Below are positions 1-9,092 of a stretch of 64,000 bases of DNA, piece by piece. The stretch comes from Bryobacterales bacterium (GTDB lineage Bacteria > Acidobacteriota > Terriglobia > Bryobacterales > UBA6623). Both the position numbers and the translations under genes were made by a program. The notes beneath the pieces are model-generated. The model saw nothing but the letters and a program-made list of their open reading frames with translations. It was not told the origin of the DNA and did not search any database. The stretch's first letter is position 1. Each line of letters starts with the position of its first letter. Location: positions 141,966 through 205,965 of the forward strand of contig CBDDCY010000005.1 of NCBI GenBank assembly GCA_965226435.1. Reading direction: 5' to 3'.

Positions 1-177
1 GCCGCCGGCGCTGCGGGCATGGTCGTACCACGCGCCCTTCGCGTCGTCGAGCGACACGTTGAGCCCGTCGCCGTCGCGCCAAAAAACAGCACCCCGACCA
101 TGGCGCAGGGGGCCGCCGCCCAACGCACGCCAGATATCGACGATATCGGCGCGGTCGATCAATTCGTGGGCGGTCAT
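1..177 (-). CDS. hypothetical protein, N-terminal part only (gene runs off window start); first gene downstream of xis in the integrative element
   Basis: ATG at 177-175 overlaps the xis stop (ATGA at 177-174). The minus frame stays open to position 1 (59 codons, MTAHELIDRADIVDIWRALGGGPLRHGRG...). It is absent from the ORF track because it has no stop in the window. Confidence 0.45.
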   Translation of the reverse strand, partial: MTAHELIDRADIVDIWRALGGGPLRHGRGAVFWRDGDGLNVSLDDAKGAWYDHARSAGG

Positions 178-371
178 GCCTGCTCCCGCTCAGCCTCTTC
201 CCGCTTGTTCTGGACCCACTCCCGTAGGCTGTCAGCAGAAATTCTGACCGCTCGACCGATTCGGACGGAGGGCAATTCACCGCTTGCGGCCATCATGTAG
301 ACCTTTGCGCGCCCCAGGCTGAGCCGCTTGGCCGCCTCTTCGCATTTCAGCAACAATTTCGGTTCGTCCAT
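174..371 (-). CDS. excisionase / AlpA-family helix-turn-helix DNA-binding protein
   Basis: Translation MDEPKLLLKCEEAAKRLSLGRAKVYMMAASGELPSVRIGRAVRISADSLREWV has the typical Xis/MerR-type HTH. GGAGA lies 7 nt upstream of the ATG at 371. The ORF-track start at 410 is probably a 5' extension. Confidence 0.8.
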   Translation of the reverse strand: MDEPKLLLKCEEAAKRLSLGRAKVYMMAASGELPSVRIGRAVRISADSLREWVQNKREEAEREQA

Positions 372-482
372 TAAGATTCTCCTTGCGCTAGTGGCAACCA
401 TAGAGTACACTCTATTTATATTAAAAACACGTGTATTCTATCTAGAAAACAGCGTGCTTCCCATTTACACACGGAACTACAC

Positions 483-1430
483 ATGAAACCTCGATCCAAG
501 CGCAAGGAGCGGGCTGAGACGACTCCGTTCGACGACGTTTGGTTTACCTTGTGGGTACCGAACAAGGGCTACGTGTGGATCCAAGATCTGAGCCATCCGG
601 CCGAATTGACAGGAGAGCTTAGAGGGGTAGCCTCGTACCTCGTCAAGAATCCCAAAGCTACTGTCGAAACGAAGAAGTGGCCGCTCCGCGACTGCCCCGA
701 ACTCTTCTCGGATTTCGAGGCTCTCGAACCGACCGCCGAACAAATCCAGGAGTTCGCAAATCGCTTTGGCTGGTTAGGCATTGGCGAGTTGCTCGTGCGC
801 GCAAAGACGGGTTCCGTCGAGCAGGGAGAGGGACTCAACCTTTGGCGTGAAGCCATTCGAGAGATCCAGGCATGCTTTCAGGTTTCCGAGTGGATCGACG
901 CCGGCGATGAAGCGGAACTCTCTAAGCGCGTCGAATGGAAGAGCGACCATGTGCTCTTTCACTGGGTCGCGATCGGCCGGGAGCCGATAGACCCAGCGCC
1001 GTTTCTCGACAAGCGCAGAAAAGACGCACTCAGCGATCTCATCGGTAAAGAGACAGTATGGTTCGCACACGGCTCGGTCGCGAGCAAGACGGACAAGCCC
1101 GAGCTGATGGCTCGTTGGCCCCGTGGCGATGTTCTCGGGCCTGCGAACGCGTGGTTGGTGAATCGCGTAAACAAGCACATCCGAAATAAGGCTTGGCTCG
1201 GGTTGATTCTGGATTTGGATGGCAAGAGGATGCCCGTGATTCGGGCCGAGAATCTGCTGTCAGCAATTTGGTACCAGTTCTACAGTCACCTGATCGGAGA
1301 GAGCAAATTCATCAGGTGTGAGGTATGCAAGAAGTGGATGGATGTTACCCACAGCCGCCGGCACAAGCGGATGCATCCGCATTGCAGCATGTGGCTGCGA
1401 AATCAGAGACGAACTCGTAAGGGGAAATAG
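483..1430 (+). CDS. hypothetical protein with a C-terminal Cys/His cluster, cargo of the integrative element
   Basis: 315-aa ORF directly upstream of the integrase (3-nt gap). C-terminus reads CEVCKKWMDVTHSRRHKRMHPHC. No family recognised. Confidence 0.6.
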   Translation: MKPRSKRKERAETTPFDDVWFTLWVPNKGYVWIQDLSHPAELTGELRGVASYLVKNPKATVETKKWPLRDCPELFSDFEALEPTAEQIQEFANRFGWLGIGELLVRAKTGSVEQGEGLNLWREAIREIQACFQVSEWIDAGDEAELSKRVEWKSDHVLFHWVAIGREPIDPAPFLDKRRKDALSDLIGKETVWFAHGSVASKTDKPELMARWPRGDVLGPANAWLVNRVNKHIRNKAWLGLILDLDGKRMPVIRAENLLSAIWYQFYSHLIGESKFIRCEVCKKWMDVTHSRRHKRMHPHCSMWLRNQRRTRKGK

Positions 1431-1432
1431 TC

Positions 1433-2611
1433 ATGCCAAAACGCGGAAGCAATGAAGGTTCGATTTACCGAATGAAGGACGGTCGCTGGAGAGCAGCGGT
1501 TAGCGTCGGCTGGAAGGATGGGAAGCGGGTCCGCAAGACGTTCACCGGGAAGACCCGTTCCGAAGTCTCCGAGAAGCTCAAAGCGACGCTACGGGCCCAA
1601 CAGCTTGGGCTGCCGATAGCGCCGGATCGCCAAACGGTCGCGCAATTCCTTACTCACTGGCTCCGGGAGTCCGCTAAGCCCCGCGTTCGGCCCCGAACCT
1701 TCGAGAGCTACTCGTGGATCATTCGTCATCACCTGATCCCCGGCATCGGGCGCATACGTCTCACCAAGCTCGGGCCGCAGCCCATTCAAGCCTTTCTCAA
1801 AGATCGACGGGAGTCGGGACTGAGCCCGCGCAGCGTGCAACATATTCACGCGACGCTCCGGGCGGCCCTTGGGCAAGCCGAAAAGTGGGCGTTGGTTCCT
1901 CGGAACGTCGCGAAGCTCGTGGAGGTGCCCCGTGTGGAGCGACAGCCCGTGAACGTGATGTCTCCCGAGGACGTGCCTACGTATTTCGAGGCTGTCAGGC
2001 GAGACCGCCTAGAAGCGCTCTACGTTCTGTCCGTCGCTCTGGGTCTTCGCCAAGGCGAGGCACTTGGGCTGCAATGGGACGCAATCGATTTCGAGCGAGG
2101 AACGCTTACCGTTAGGTGTGCTCTGCAGCGCGTCGAGAAGAAACTTCGCCTTGTTGAACCGAAGACTGCCCGAAGCCGAAGGACACTCCACCTGCCGCAG
2201 TTCGTGACGGTCGCTCTGTTGGCCCACAAGGCTCGGCAGGAGCAGGAACGTGAATGGGCCGGCACTCGGTGGAGCCATTCGTTCAACCTGGTGTTCACGA
2301 CAACGATCGGGACGCCGCTCGACAGCTCGAACGTCACCCATCGGCTACACCGACTATTGGAACGGGCAGGGCTGCGCAGGATGCGCTTTCACGATTTACG
2401 CCACTCGTGCGCGTCGCTGCTGCTCTCCAAGGGCGTCCACATGAGGCTCATCATGGAAACGCTCGGACACAGCCAAATCAGCCTGACGATGGACACGTAC
2501 GCGCACGTCGTACTGTCGATGTGCCGCGAAGTTGCCGCCAAGATGGATGAGGTTTTCGATCCCGTGGCTACCTCCGTGGCTACCTCCGGCCTTTCCGAGC
2601 GGCTCCAGTGA
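1433..2611 (+). CDS. tyrosine-type site-specific integrase
   Basis: C-terminal catalytic signature HDLRHSCASLLLSKGVHMRLIMETLGHSQISLTMDTYAHV, plus an N-terminal SAM-like region. The gene ends 22 nt from the tRNA 3' end. Confidence 0.95.
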   Translation: MPKRGSNEGSIYRMKDGRWRAAVSVGWKDGKRVRKTFTGKTRSEVSEKLKATLRAQQLGLPIAPDRQTVAQFLTHWLRESAKPRVRPRTFESYSWIIRHHLIPGIGRIRLTKLGPQPIQAFLKDRRESGLSPRSVQHIHATLRAALGQAEKWALVPRNVAKLVEVPRVERQPVNVMSPEDVPTYFEAVRRDRLEALYVLSVALGLRQGEALGLQWDAIDFERGTLTVRCALQRVEKKLRLVEPKTARSRRTLHLPQFVTVALLAHKARQEQEREWAGTRWSHSFNLVFTTTIGTPLDSSNVTHRLHRLLERAGLRRMRFHDLRHSCASLLLSKGVHMRLIMETLGHSQISLTMDTYAHVVLSMCREVAAKMDEVFDPVATSVATSGLSERLQ

Positions 2612-2632
2612 GTCGTAAGTTGTTGGAAAGAT

Positions 2633-2708
2633 TGGTGGGCCCTGCAGGATTCGAACCTGCGACCTACGGATTATGAGTCCGCGGCTCTAACCACTGAGCT
2701 AAGGGCCC
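2633..2708 (-). tRNA. tRNA with CAU anticodon (Met, or Ile2 if lysidine-modified); CCA encoded
   Basis: The reverse complement GGGCCCTTAGCTCAGTGGTTAGAGCCGCGGACTCATAATCCGTAGGTCGCAGGTTCGAATCCTGCAGGGCCCACCA folds as a 76-nt cloverleaf (7-bp acceptor, GCTC/GAGC D stem, CTCATAA anticodon loop, GGTTCGAATCC T arm). Its overall shape resembles E. coli ileX as I recall it. Confidence 0.95.
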
Positions 2709-2775
2709 TGGGTGGGGGTGTTCGGCGTCCTTCCCATTTTGGCATGGAACCGGGGCCTGTTAGAATGACTGCCTT

Positions 2776-3630
2776 ATGAAGGCGGAAATCGGAATCATCG
2801 GCGGCAGCGGACTCTACAACATGGCGGCGTTGACCGAACGCGAAGAGGTCGTGGTCGAGACCCCCTGGGGCAGCCCCTCCGATGCCTTCATCGTCGGCAA
2901 CCTTGGTGGACGAAGGGTGGCCTTCCTGGCCCGGCACGGTCGTGGTCATCGCATCATGCCGTCGAACCTCAACTTTCGCGCGAACATTTACGGCCTAAAG
3001 AAACTGGGCGTCGAGTGGGTTTTGTCTTTCAGTGCCGTCGGCTCGCTGCAAGAGCAATACAAGCCCCTTGATTTCGTGGTTCCAGACCAATTTGTCGACC
3101 GCACCAAGGGACGTCCCTCGACGTTCTTTGACGAGGACGTCGTCGTGCACATCGGCTTTGCCGATCCTGTTTGTTCGACGCTGGCCGGCATCGCCCGGGA
3201 TGCCTGCGAACGAGTCGGCGTCACGGTCCATCGCGGCGGGACGTACTGTTGCATGGAAGGGCCCGCGTTTTCGACCCGCGCGGAATCGAATCTGCATCGA
3301 AGCTGGGGCTTCGACGTGATTGGAATGACGAACCTGCAGGAAGCCAAACTGGCACGCGAGGCCGAGCTTTCCTACGCCACCGTCGCCATGGTGACCGACT
3401 ACGATTGCTGGCACGAGGAGCATGATGGCGTCACCGTCGAGCAAGTGATCGCCTACCTGACGCGGAACGCCGAAAACGCCCAGGCCGTCGCGGTCGAAGC
3501 GGTAAGGAATATCCCCTCGGGACCGGGGCCGCATAGCTCCGCGCTGAAGAATTCCATTCTCACCGACCGCACGAAAATCTCCGACGCTTCCCGCGAAAAG
3601 TACGAGCTGTTGATCGGGAAGTATCTTTGA
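2776..3630 (+). CDS. mtnP: S-methyl-5'-thioadenosine phosphorylase
   Basis: [14 protein letters not shown]... N-terminus and ...[30 protein letters not shown], typical of the MTAP/PNP family. Confidence 0.9.
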   Translation: MKAEIGIIGGSGLYNMAALTEREEVVVETPWGSPSDAFIVGNLGGRRVAFLARHGRGHRIMPSNLNFRANIYGLKKLGVEWVLSFSAVGSLQEQYKPLDFVVPDQFVDRTKGRPSTFFDEDVVVHIGFADPVCSTLAGIARDACERVGVTVHRGGTYCCMEGPAFSTRAESNLHRSWGFDVIGMTNLQEAKLAREAELSYATVAMVTDYDCWHEEHDGVTVEQVIAYLTRNAENAQAVAVEAVRNIPSGPGPHSSALKNSILTDRTKISDASREKYELLIGKYL

Positions 3631-3746
3631 GGCCGCGCTTGCGTTCGGACCTCCGCCTACACTGAAAGTACGGTCGAGGCCGATTTCCGCCGATTTCCCT
3701 TACACTGCTCACTCGCTGACCCAAGTTCGATAACGAAAGCACCCTT

Positions 3747-4661
3747 ATGTCCCTTCTCGTCGTTGGATCCGTTGCTTACGACGGGGTCGAAACCCCGCAC
3801 GGAAAGGTAGACCGTCTGTTGGGCGGTTCAGCCACATATATCGCGATTGCCGCGAGCCATTTCACCGACGTGCGCTTGGTCGGCGTGGTCGGCTCCGATT
3901 TTTCTCCCGATGACGAGGGCATCCTGGTCGATCAAAACATTGATCTCGCCGGCCTCGAGAGAGTTCCCGGCAAAACGTTCTATTGGGCCGGGGTCTATTC
4001 GCGTGATATGAATGAGCGCACGACGCTCACCACTGATCTCAACGTCTTCGCCGATTTCGACCCCAAGCTGCCCGAGTCGTACCGCTCGACGCCCTATGCG
4101 CTGTTGGGAAATATTCATCCGGCGCTCCAAAAGAAAGTGCGAAGTCAGCTGACAGCTCCGCGTTTCGTCGGCGGGGATACGATGAATTTCTGGATCGAGG
4201 GCACTCCCGAAGAGCTGCGCGAGACGATTCGCGACTGGGATTTCATTCTCATCAACGATCAAGAAGCGCGGCAGCTCTCCGGCGACTACAACCTACGGCA
4301 AGCGGCCCAGCGCATTCACGAAATGGGCCCCCACACCGTCGTCATCAAGCGAGGCGAATATGGGGCCGTTTTGTTTCGTTCGGAAGGCTACTTCATCGCG
4401 CCCGGCTTTCTGCTCGAAACCGTGTTCGACCCGACTGGGGCGGGGGACTCCTTCGCCGGGGGGTTCATGGGGTATTTGGCCGGCGAGGGCATCACCGACA
4501 TCGACGAAGCCACGCACGCACAGTTGCGCAAAGCGATGATCCATGGTTCGGTGATGGGCAGTTTCTGCTGCGAGCAGTTCGGCGTCGGGCGGCTGCGGAC
4601 CCTCACCCGCAACGAGATCGATCACCGCTACAAGGAATTTCAGGCATTCACGAAGTTTTAA
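3747..4661 (+). CDS. PfkB-family carbohydrate/nucleoside kinase
   Basis: C-terminal DPTGAGDSFAGGFMGYLA motif and ribokinase-like layout. Confidence 0.85.
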   Translation: MSLLVVGSVAYDGVETPHGKVDRLLGGSATYIAIAASHFTDVRLVGVVGSDFSPDDEGILVDQNIDLAGLERVPGKTFYWAGVYSRDMNERTTLTTDLNVFADFDPKLPESYRSTPYALLGNIHPALQKKVRSQLTAPRFVGGDTMNFWIEGTPEELRETIRDWDFILINDQEARQLSGDYNLRQAAQRIHEMGPHTVVIKRGEYGAVLFRSEGYFIAPGFLLETVFDPTGAGDSFAGGFMGYLAGEGITDIDEATHAQLRKAMIHGSVMGSFCCEQFGVGRLRTLTRNEIDHRYKEFQAFTKF

Positions 4662-4731
4662 GCCGGGGCGCCGGTTCGCATCCGCGTAACGCGGTCGGCT
4701 CAGCCGCCAACCGGCCCGGGCGGCAATTCTC

Positions 4732-5301
4732 CTACTCCTCCGGGCCGTCTTCGCTCGATACTTTCGCCACGTCGGCGCTTCCGGTCTTGATTTCTCTGAG
4801 CAATTGAACCAACTGGGTATCCGAGCGAGAGTCCTTCGACGCGACAACCAGCTCAATCGCGGACATCAACGCTATCGTGTTGGCGATCTGGGTTTCCGAA
4901 ATGATCTTGAACGCGCGTAGGTTGATGGCCCCGTCGGCCTGGAGCAACTTGAGACTAACCTGATTCCAATTGTGAGTGTCGTTGTACCAAGTCAGGAATG
5001 CCGAGACGAGCTGGGACAGATTGCCGCGGCTCCGTTGCAGGTCCTCGACCGGCTTGAACGCCAGGAACGCGATGACGTCGGCCAGGCCGACGCCACCGAA
5101 CACGAGCGCGATTTTGTCGTTTCCCGTGACCAGTGAACCCACGCACGCCAGCACGATCAGCAGCAATCCCAGGTAGAAGAGGCACAGGTACATCCACATC
5201 ACTTTGCGGAATCCCTCGTCCACCTCATTGAGGACGTTGAGAATGCGATCAGCCAACGCCGATGCCATGTTAGGTAGATTTTCGCTTGGGAGTTTATCCA
5301 T
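4732..5301 (-). CDS. hypothetical membrane protein (two adjacent TM helices, helical C-terminus)
   Basis: 189-aa ORF with a hydrophobic hairpin VMWMYLCLFYLGLLLIVLACVGSLV...IALVFGGVGLADVIAFLAF. It is the last gene of a 3-gene minus-strand cassette. Confidence 0.5.
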   Translation of the reverse strand: MDKLPSENLPNMASALADRILNVLNEVDEGFRKVMWMYLCLFYLGLLLIVLACVGSLVTGNDKIALVFGGVGLADVIAFLAFKPVEDLQRSRGNLSQLVSAFLTWYNDTHNWNQVSLKLLQADGAINLRAFKIISETQIANTIALMSAIELVVASKDSRSDTQLVQLLREIKTGSADVAKVSSEDGPEE

Positions 5302-5323
5302 TCGTGTCGCTCCGGGTCCGCCG

Positions 5324-6040
5324 CTACAGGATAACGTTGGGCGTGAAGGTCGTCTCCCGATCCGTTGCTCGCCATGAAACCAACGCGTTCCAATTGAGCC
5401 GATAGCTGAGCTTCAGCACGTCTTTCTTCCGAACGTCCCGTCCGCACGCGGAAAAGGTTCTGCCGTCGGCGAACTCGAGGTCGATCGGCGTTTCAGCCGC
5501 GGCCGGGTCCGCCGCCATCGCATCTCGCAGAAATGCGCGTGGCTTTTCGATGAACAAGTCCTTCCCGGGCGCGGTCATCACGGAAGAAAAATCCAATACG
5601 ATCCTCAATAAACCCGTATCATTGGCGGCGCGCACGCCGGCCCACTCCCCATCGCCGCGCTGAAAGCCGTTATAGAAGTGCGATACCACGACCAGCGTGT
5701 CGGGTGTCGGCCTCAGGTAACCTTCGATGCCCTTCTCAATCGTCCGCCGAGCCGGATCAGCCAGGTAGGGCTGGGGCGCGAACGGATGCCACTGCACACC
5801 ATCGACGTAGCCCTGAGAGGACGTGAATTTCCACTCGTGATCGTCAGGCCGGTTTTCGCCGAATTGCGTGAACTGATAATAGATCGCCGAGTCGTAGACG
5901 TCGAACTCCTGACCGGATCGCTCCAGGGTTTGTTTGAAGACTGGTGACTTTTCGTGCTGCTCTTTGTCGGTCAAGAAGATGAGTTTTACGTACAGCATCT
6001 TGACGGCGACCGGCGCTGACTGATTGTCCGGGGTTGGCAT
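5324..6040 (-). CDS. hypothetical protein
   Basis: 238-aa ORF with 22-nt gaps to both neighbours on the same strand. No family recognised. Confidence 0.55.
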   Translation of the reverse strand: MPTPDNQSAPVAVKMLYVKLIFLTDKEQHEKSPVFKQTLERSGQEFDVYDSAIYYQFTQFGENRPDDHEWKFTSSQGYVDGVQWHPFAPQPYLADPARRTIEKGIEGYLRPTPDTLVVVSHFYNGFQRGDGEWAGVRAANDTGLLRIVLDFSSVMTAPGKDLFIEKPRAFLRDAMAADPAAAETPIDLEFADGRTFSACGRDVRKKDVLKLSYRLNWNALVSWRATDRETTFTPNVIL

Positions 6041-6062
6041 TGTATTTACCTTTCGTCGCGGA

Positions 6063-6629
6063 TCAGTCTCGGCCGGTGAGAAGATTCTGTTTTGGGTCGG
6101 AGAACCGGTAAGGGCCGTCGACTATGGAAAAGTCGTGCGCCTGGGTCGTTTCTTGATAGCGATCCGTGAACCTTTGGCCCCAGGTCCTGAGGCCGACTTC
6201 GACGATCTCGACATAGCGTCCGAGGATGGCCGTATGCTCGAAACAGGCGGCGAAAAACTCGGGTTTCCCAACGTACGCGAAAACCGTACCGTGGTCGGGG
6301 CGGTCCGCTGTCTTCGCCGAGATATCCAACCTCGTGTAATTCTGTTCGCGGATGTCCAGGTTGTCGAGTTCCGCCGGGCTCACTTCGATGAGAATGCCGT
6401 TGGCACGGTAACCCGGCCTCGGTTGCAGATCTAGGAAAACGGCATTGACCCACTCGTTGCCCCGCTCGATAAGCTGCACCGGCGCGACGAGGTTCCACAG
6501 ACGTAGGTGATCTTCCACTTCGACCGGAACAACATCCTCGGGTCTGACCAACCGTCCGAGCGTCTTTCCCGCGCTCTCGAGATTGAGCAGCGATCCATAT
6601 CCGAGAACGAACTGCTTCGGCGATCCCAT
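6063..6629 (-). CDS. gamma-glutamylcyclotransferase (AIG2/GGCT)-like protein
   Basis: Starts MGSPKQFVLGYGSLLN (the YGSL motif of the GGCT fold), with ATG at 6629-6627. The ORF-track start at 6932 is a 5' extension. Confidence 0.65.
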   Translation of the reverse strand: MGSPKQFVLGYGSLLNLESAGKTLGRLVRPEDVVPVEVEDHLRLWNLVAPVQLIERGNEWVNAVFLDLQPRPGYRANGILIEVSPAELDNLDIREQNYTRLDISAKTADRPDHGTVFAYVGKPEFFAACFEHTAILGRYVEIVEVGLRTWGQRFTDRYQETTQAHDFSIVDGPYRFSDPKQNLLTGRD

Positions 6630-6822
6630 TGACCTTGTCAGATCCTCTCGTTTTGGCCGTTTCAGAGCATGTGACAGGGATAGAGTAGCCGAGCTACCGA
6701 TTTGATGCAACGGTTTTCGTGCGGGAGTGGCGCGGTCGCCGCTTCTTCCGAAGTGGAAGTTGAATTGCTTCGAAAAGGGCGCTAGTCGGGTTGTCCTACC
6801 GACGATCCGCGGGAGGTGCTGG

Positions 6823-7368
6823 ATGCCCGCTGACGATGACGGCTTTGACGATGATTTGGCCGTGTATGACGCCGATCGCAGCGTAATTCCGGACCATCTC
6901 GACAGCGATGCCCTGCTATGCCCCTTGCGCAACCTGTCCTATCTGAAGCGGCCCGCGGTCGTCGGACCTCGCGCCACCGCGGCACAGGCGCTCAAGACGA
7001 TGAACGAGCATCAGATCGATGCTGTTCTGGTGACCGAAGGCGAGCGCGTGCTCGGCATCTTCTCCATTCGGGATTATCTGCGCAAAGAGCCATACTCCGA
7101 CGGTGGCGTCGATGAACCCGTCACCCGCTCGATGACGCCCGACCCGGAGTGCCTCACCCCGGACGACACCGTCGCTTTGGCTTTGAATTGCATGTCGCAA
7201 TCGGGCTACCGGCACGTCCCGCTGATTCGAGGCGGCGGATCGACCGTCGGGATGCCGCGCGTTCGGGACGTGATTGAATTTCTCGCTTCGTTCTTCCCTC
7301 GTGATGTGCTCAACGCGCCGCCCCACAGCGAGTGCAACCCGCCGGATCGACGTCTGGAAGGGGGGTAG
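6823..7368 (+). CDS. CBS domain pair protein
   Basis: Two CBS-like repeats (...AQALKTMNEHQIDAVLVTEGERVLGIFSIRDYL... and ...VALALNCMSQSGYRHVPLIRGG...). ATG at 6823 is preceded by GGGAGG. Confidence 0.8.
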   Translation: MPADDDGFDDDLAVYDADRSVIPDHLDSDALLCPLRNLSYLKRPAVVGPRATAAQALKTMNEHQIDAVLVTEGERVLGIFSIRDYLRKEPYSDGGVDEPVTRSMTPDPECLTPDDTVALALNCMSQSGYRHVPLIRGGGSTVGMPRVRDVIEFLASFFPRDVLNAPPHSECNPPDRRLEGG

Positions 7369-7771
7369 GAGCAGTGGGTGGCAATAGTCTGTTCGATCGG
7401 AAACCCGGGGCTGCCGGCTCCGTAGTACGGCCCCCATTCCTCGACGTACCAGCGGGCGATCTCGGGCAAGGTGTCCGGCACGTCCGTCAGATGTCGGATG
7501 GTGATGCTCTGGTCGTTCTTCACCCACCGGAAAGCGTAGCAGCGACGCCGGCCGCGCAACGGGAAGCAAGTAAGTCAGGGCAAGGAATTTCCGAACCGCG
7601 CACGTTAGAGGCTGTGAAAAATTGGGCAATGTCCCAAGCGCCGACCGAATAGGCGCGGTCAAACAACAATCTCGTCTGGGGCGCAGCGGACTGTCCCAAT
7701 TTTTCCCCAACGCGGGAAAAGCCGCCCCCCCCAATCGTGTACACTGTTGGGTCCCGTCACAAGGTATCCCC

Positions 7772-9025
7772 ATGGAATCGACGAAAAAGGCCTTTCACGG
7801 GCCTTGGATCATTGCCGCCTGTTTCGTAACCTTCGGGCTCTCGACCGGCTTTCCCTACTACAACATCGCGTTTTTCTTCGACTACTTCCGCGACGACCAT
7901 AACTGGACCATCGAGCTGGTCACGATGGGCGCGCCGATCGCGGTCTTGCTGACGATCTGGGCCGGGCCGGTGATCGTGCCGCGAACGAGCCCGCGCAAGT
8001 TGATCCTGATCGGAACCGGGTTGACCTTCATCGCCTTTCAATGGTTCGCGGTGCTTGGCGGCTCGAAGATCGAGTACATCGCCGCCTGGTGCCTCTACAT
8101 GGTCGGCTACTTCCTGGCCGGACCGGTGCCGCACCAAATCATCATTTCCAATTGGTACAAGGAAAAGCGCGGCATGGCGATGGGTATTACCTATGTCGGC
8201 GTCGCCGTTGTCGGTTCGATCGGCGCCAAGCTGGGTCCCTGGTTGGCCCAAGAGCTGCCCTACACCGAGGCCTTGCGGATTATGGGCTTCATGCTGCTCA
8301 TCGCTTGGCCGCTGGCTCTTTTCGTCATCAAGGACAAGCCTTCCGACGTGGGCCAGCTTCCCGATGGCAAGGAAAGTCAAGAGCAGATCACCGAGGTTCC
8401 AGCAGCCGCGCCGGCGAAAAGTTTTTCCACGCTCATGAGCAGGAAATCATTCTGGTTGTTGCTGATCGGAAGCGCCGCCTCGATCGGGTCGATTGCCGCG
8501 GTGAATTTCCACATGAAATTCGTATTCGAGGAACAGGGTTTCACCGACCAGGCCGCCCGCAACGCGATCTGGAGCACCGCTTCTTTCTGGATCCTATGGT
8601 CGAGCATCGGCGGACGGCTCCTGGCGGGCTACTTGTCGGATTGGTTGCCTCGAAAATACGTGATGCTGGCAACATATTTGGTGGTCGCGGCGGCGATTCC
8701 AGCGCTCTTTCTGGTGCGACCCGAGGAAATGGCTTTCGTCTATCTATTCGCGCTGGTCTTCGGCTTCGCGATGGGCGCCGATTACATGTTGATCCCCCTC
8801 ATGGCCGCCGACCAATTCGGGCTCTCAAGCCTGCCGCGGGCGATGTCGGCCATTTTACCGAGCGACACGATCCTGCAATTTTGGCTGCCGCGCTTCGTCT
8901 CGACCCTGCGCACGGCCTGGGGCGGCTACGGCAGCGCCCTGTGGGCCGTCTTCGGAACTGCGGTTCTAGGGGCCGTGGCAATCGCTTTTCTGCCGCGCCA
9001 TAGCCCCAAGGACGAGGAAGCGTAA
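7772..9025 (+). CDS. MFS transporter
   Basis: About 12 hydrophobic segments. Start MESTKKAFHGPWIIAACFVTFGL at the ATG at 7772; the upstream part of the track ORF is non-coding. Confidence 0.85.
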   Translation: MESTKKAFHGPWIIAACFVTFGLSTGFPYYNIAFFFDYFRDDHNWTIELVTMGAPIAVLLTIWAGPVIVPRTSPRKLILIGTGLTFIAFQWFAVLGGSKIEYIAAWCLYMVGYFLAGPVPHQIIISNWYKEKRGMAMGITYVGVAVVGSIGAKLGPWLAQELPYTEALRIMGFMLLIAWPLALFVIKDKPSDVGQLPDGKESQEQITEVPAAAPAKSFSTLMSRKSFWLLLIGSAASIGSIAAVNFHMKFVFEEQGFTDQAARNAIWSTASFWILWSSIGGRLLAGYLSDWLPRKYVMLATYLVVAAAIPALFLVRPEEMAFVYLFALVFGFAMGADYMLIPLMAADQFGLSSLPRAMSAILPSDTILQFWLPRFVSTLRTAWGGYGSALWAVFGTAVLGAVAIAFLPRHSPKDEEA

Positions 9026-9092
9026 CTCGGCGGCTCGTCTGAAGGGCGGGACCCACGGGTGAGGCTTCGCGCCCCAGTCCTCTGTTCACGAT

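Larger units (their letters stand above)
1..2632. mobile_element. right end of an integrative element (prophage remnant or genomic island) inserted at the tRNA 3' end; left boundary lies outside the window
   Basis: The order primase-like, xis, hypothetical, integrase sits immediately next to the 3' end of a tRNA, which is the classical att-site arrangement. Confidence 0.6.

Noticed and set aside
7380-7559. Minus-strand ORF 7206..7559, with a GNAT-like N-terminal stretch (ITIRHLTDVPDTLPEIARWYVEEWGPYYG).
   Set aside because: Only ~50 residues look protein-like, and the frame then runs into the 3' end of the CBS gene. At best it is a decayed acetyltransferase fragment, which is not enough to call a feature.
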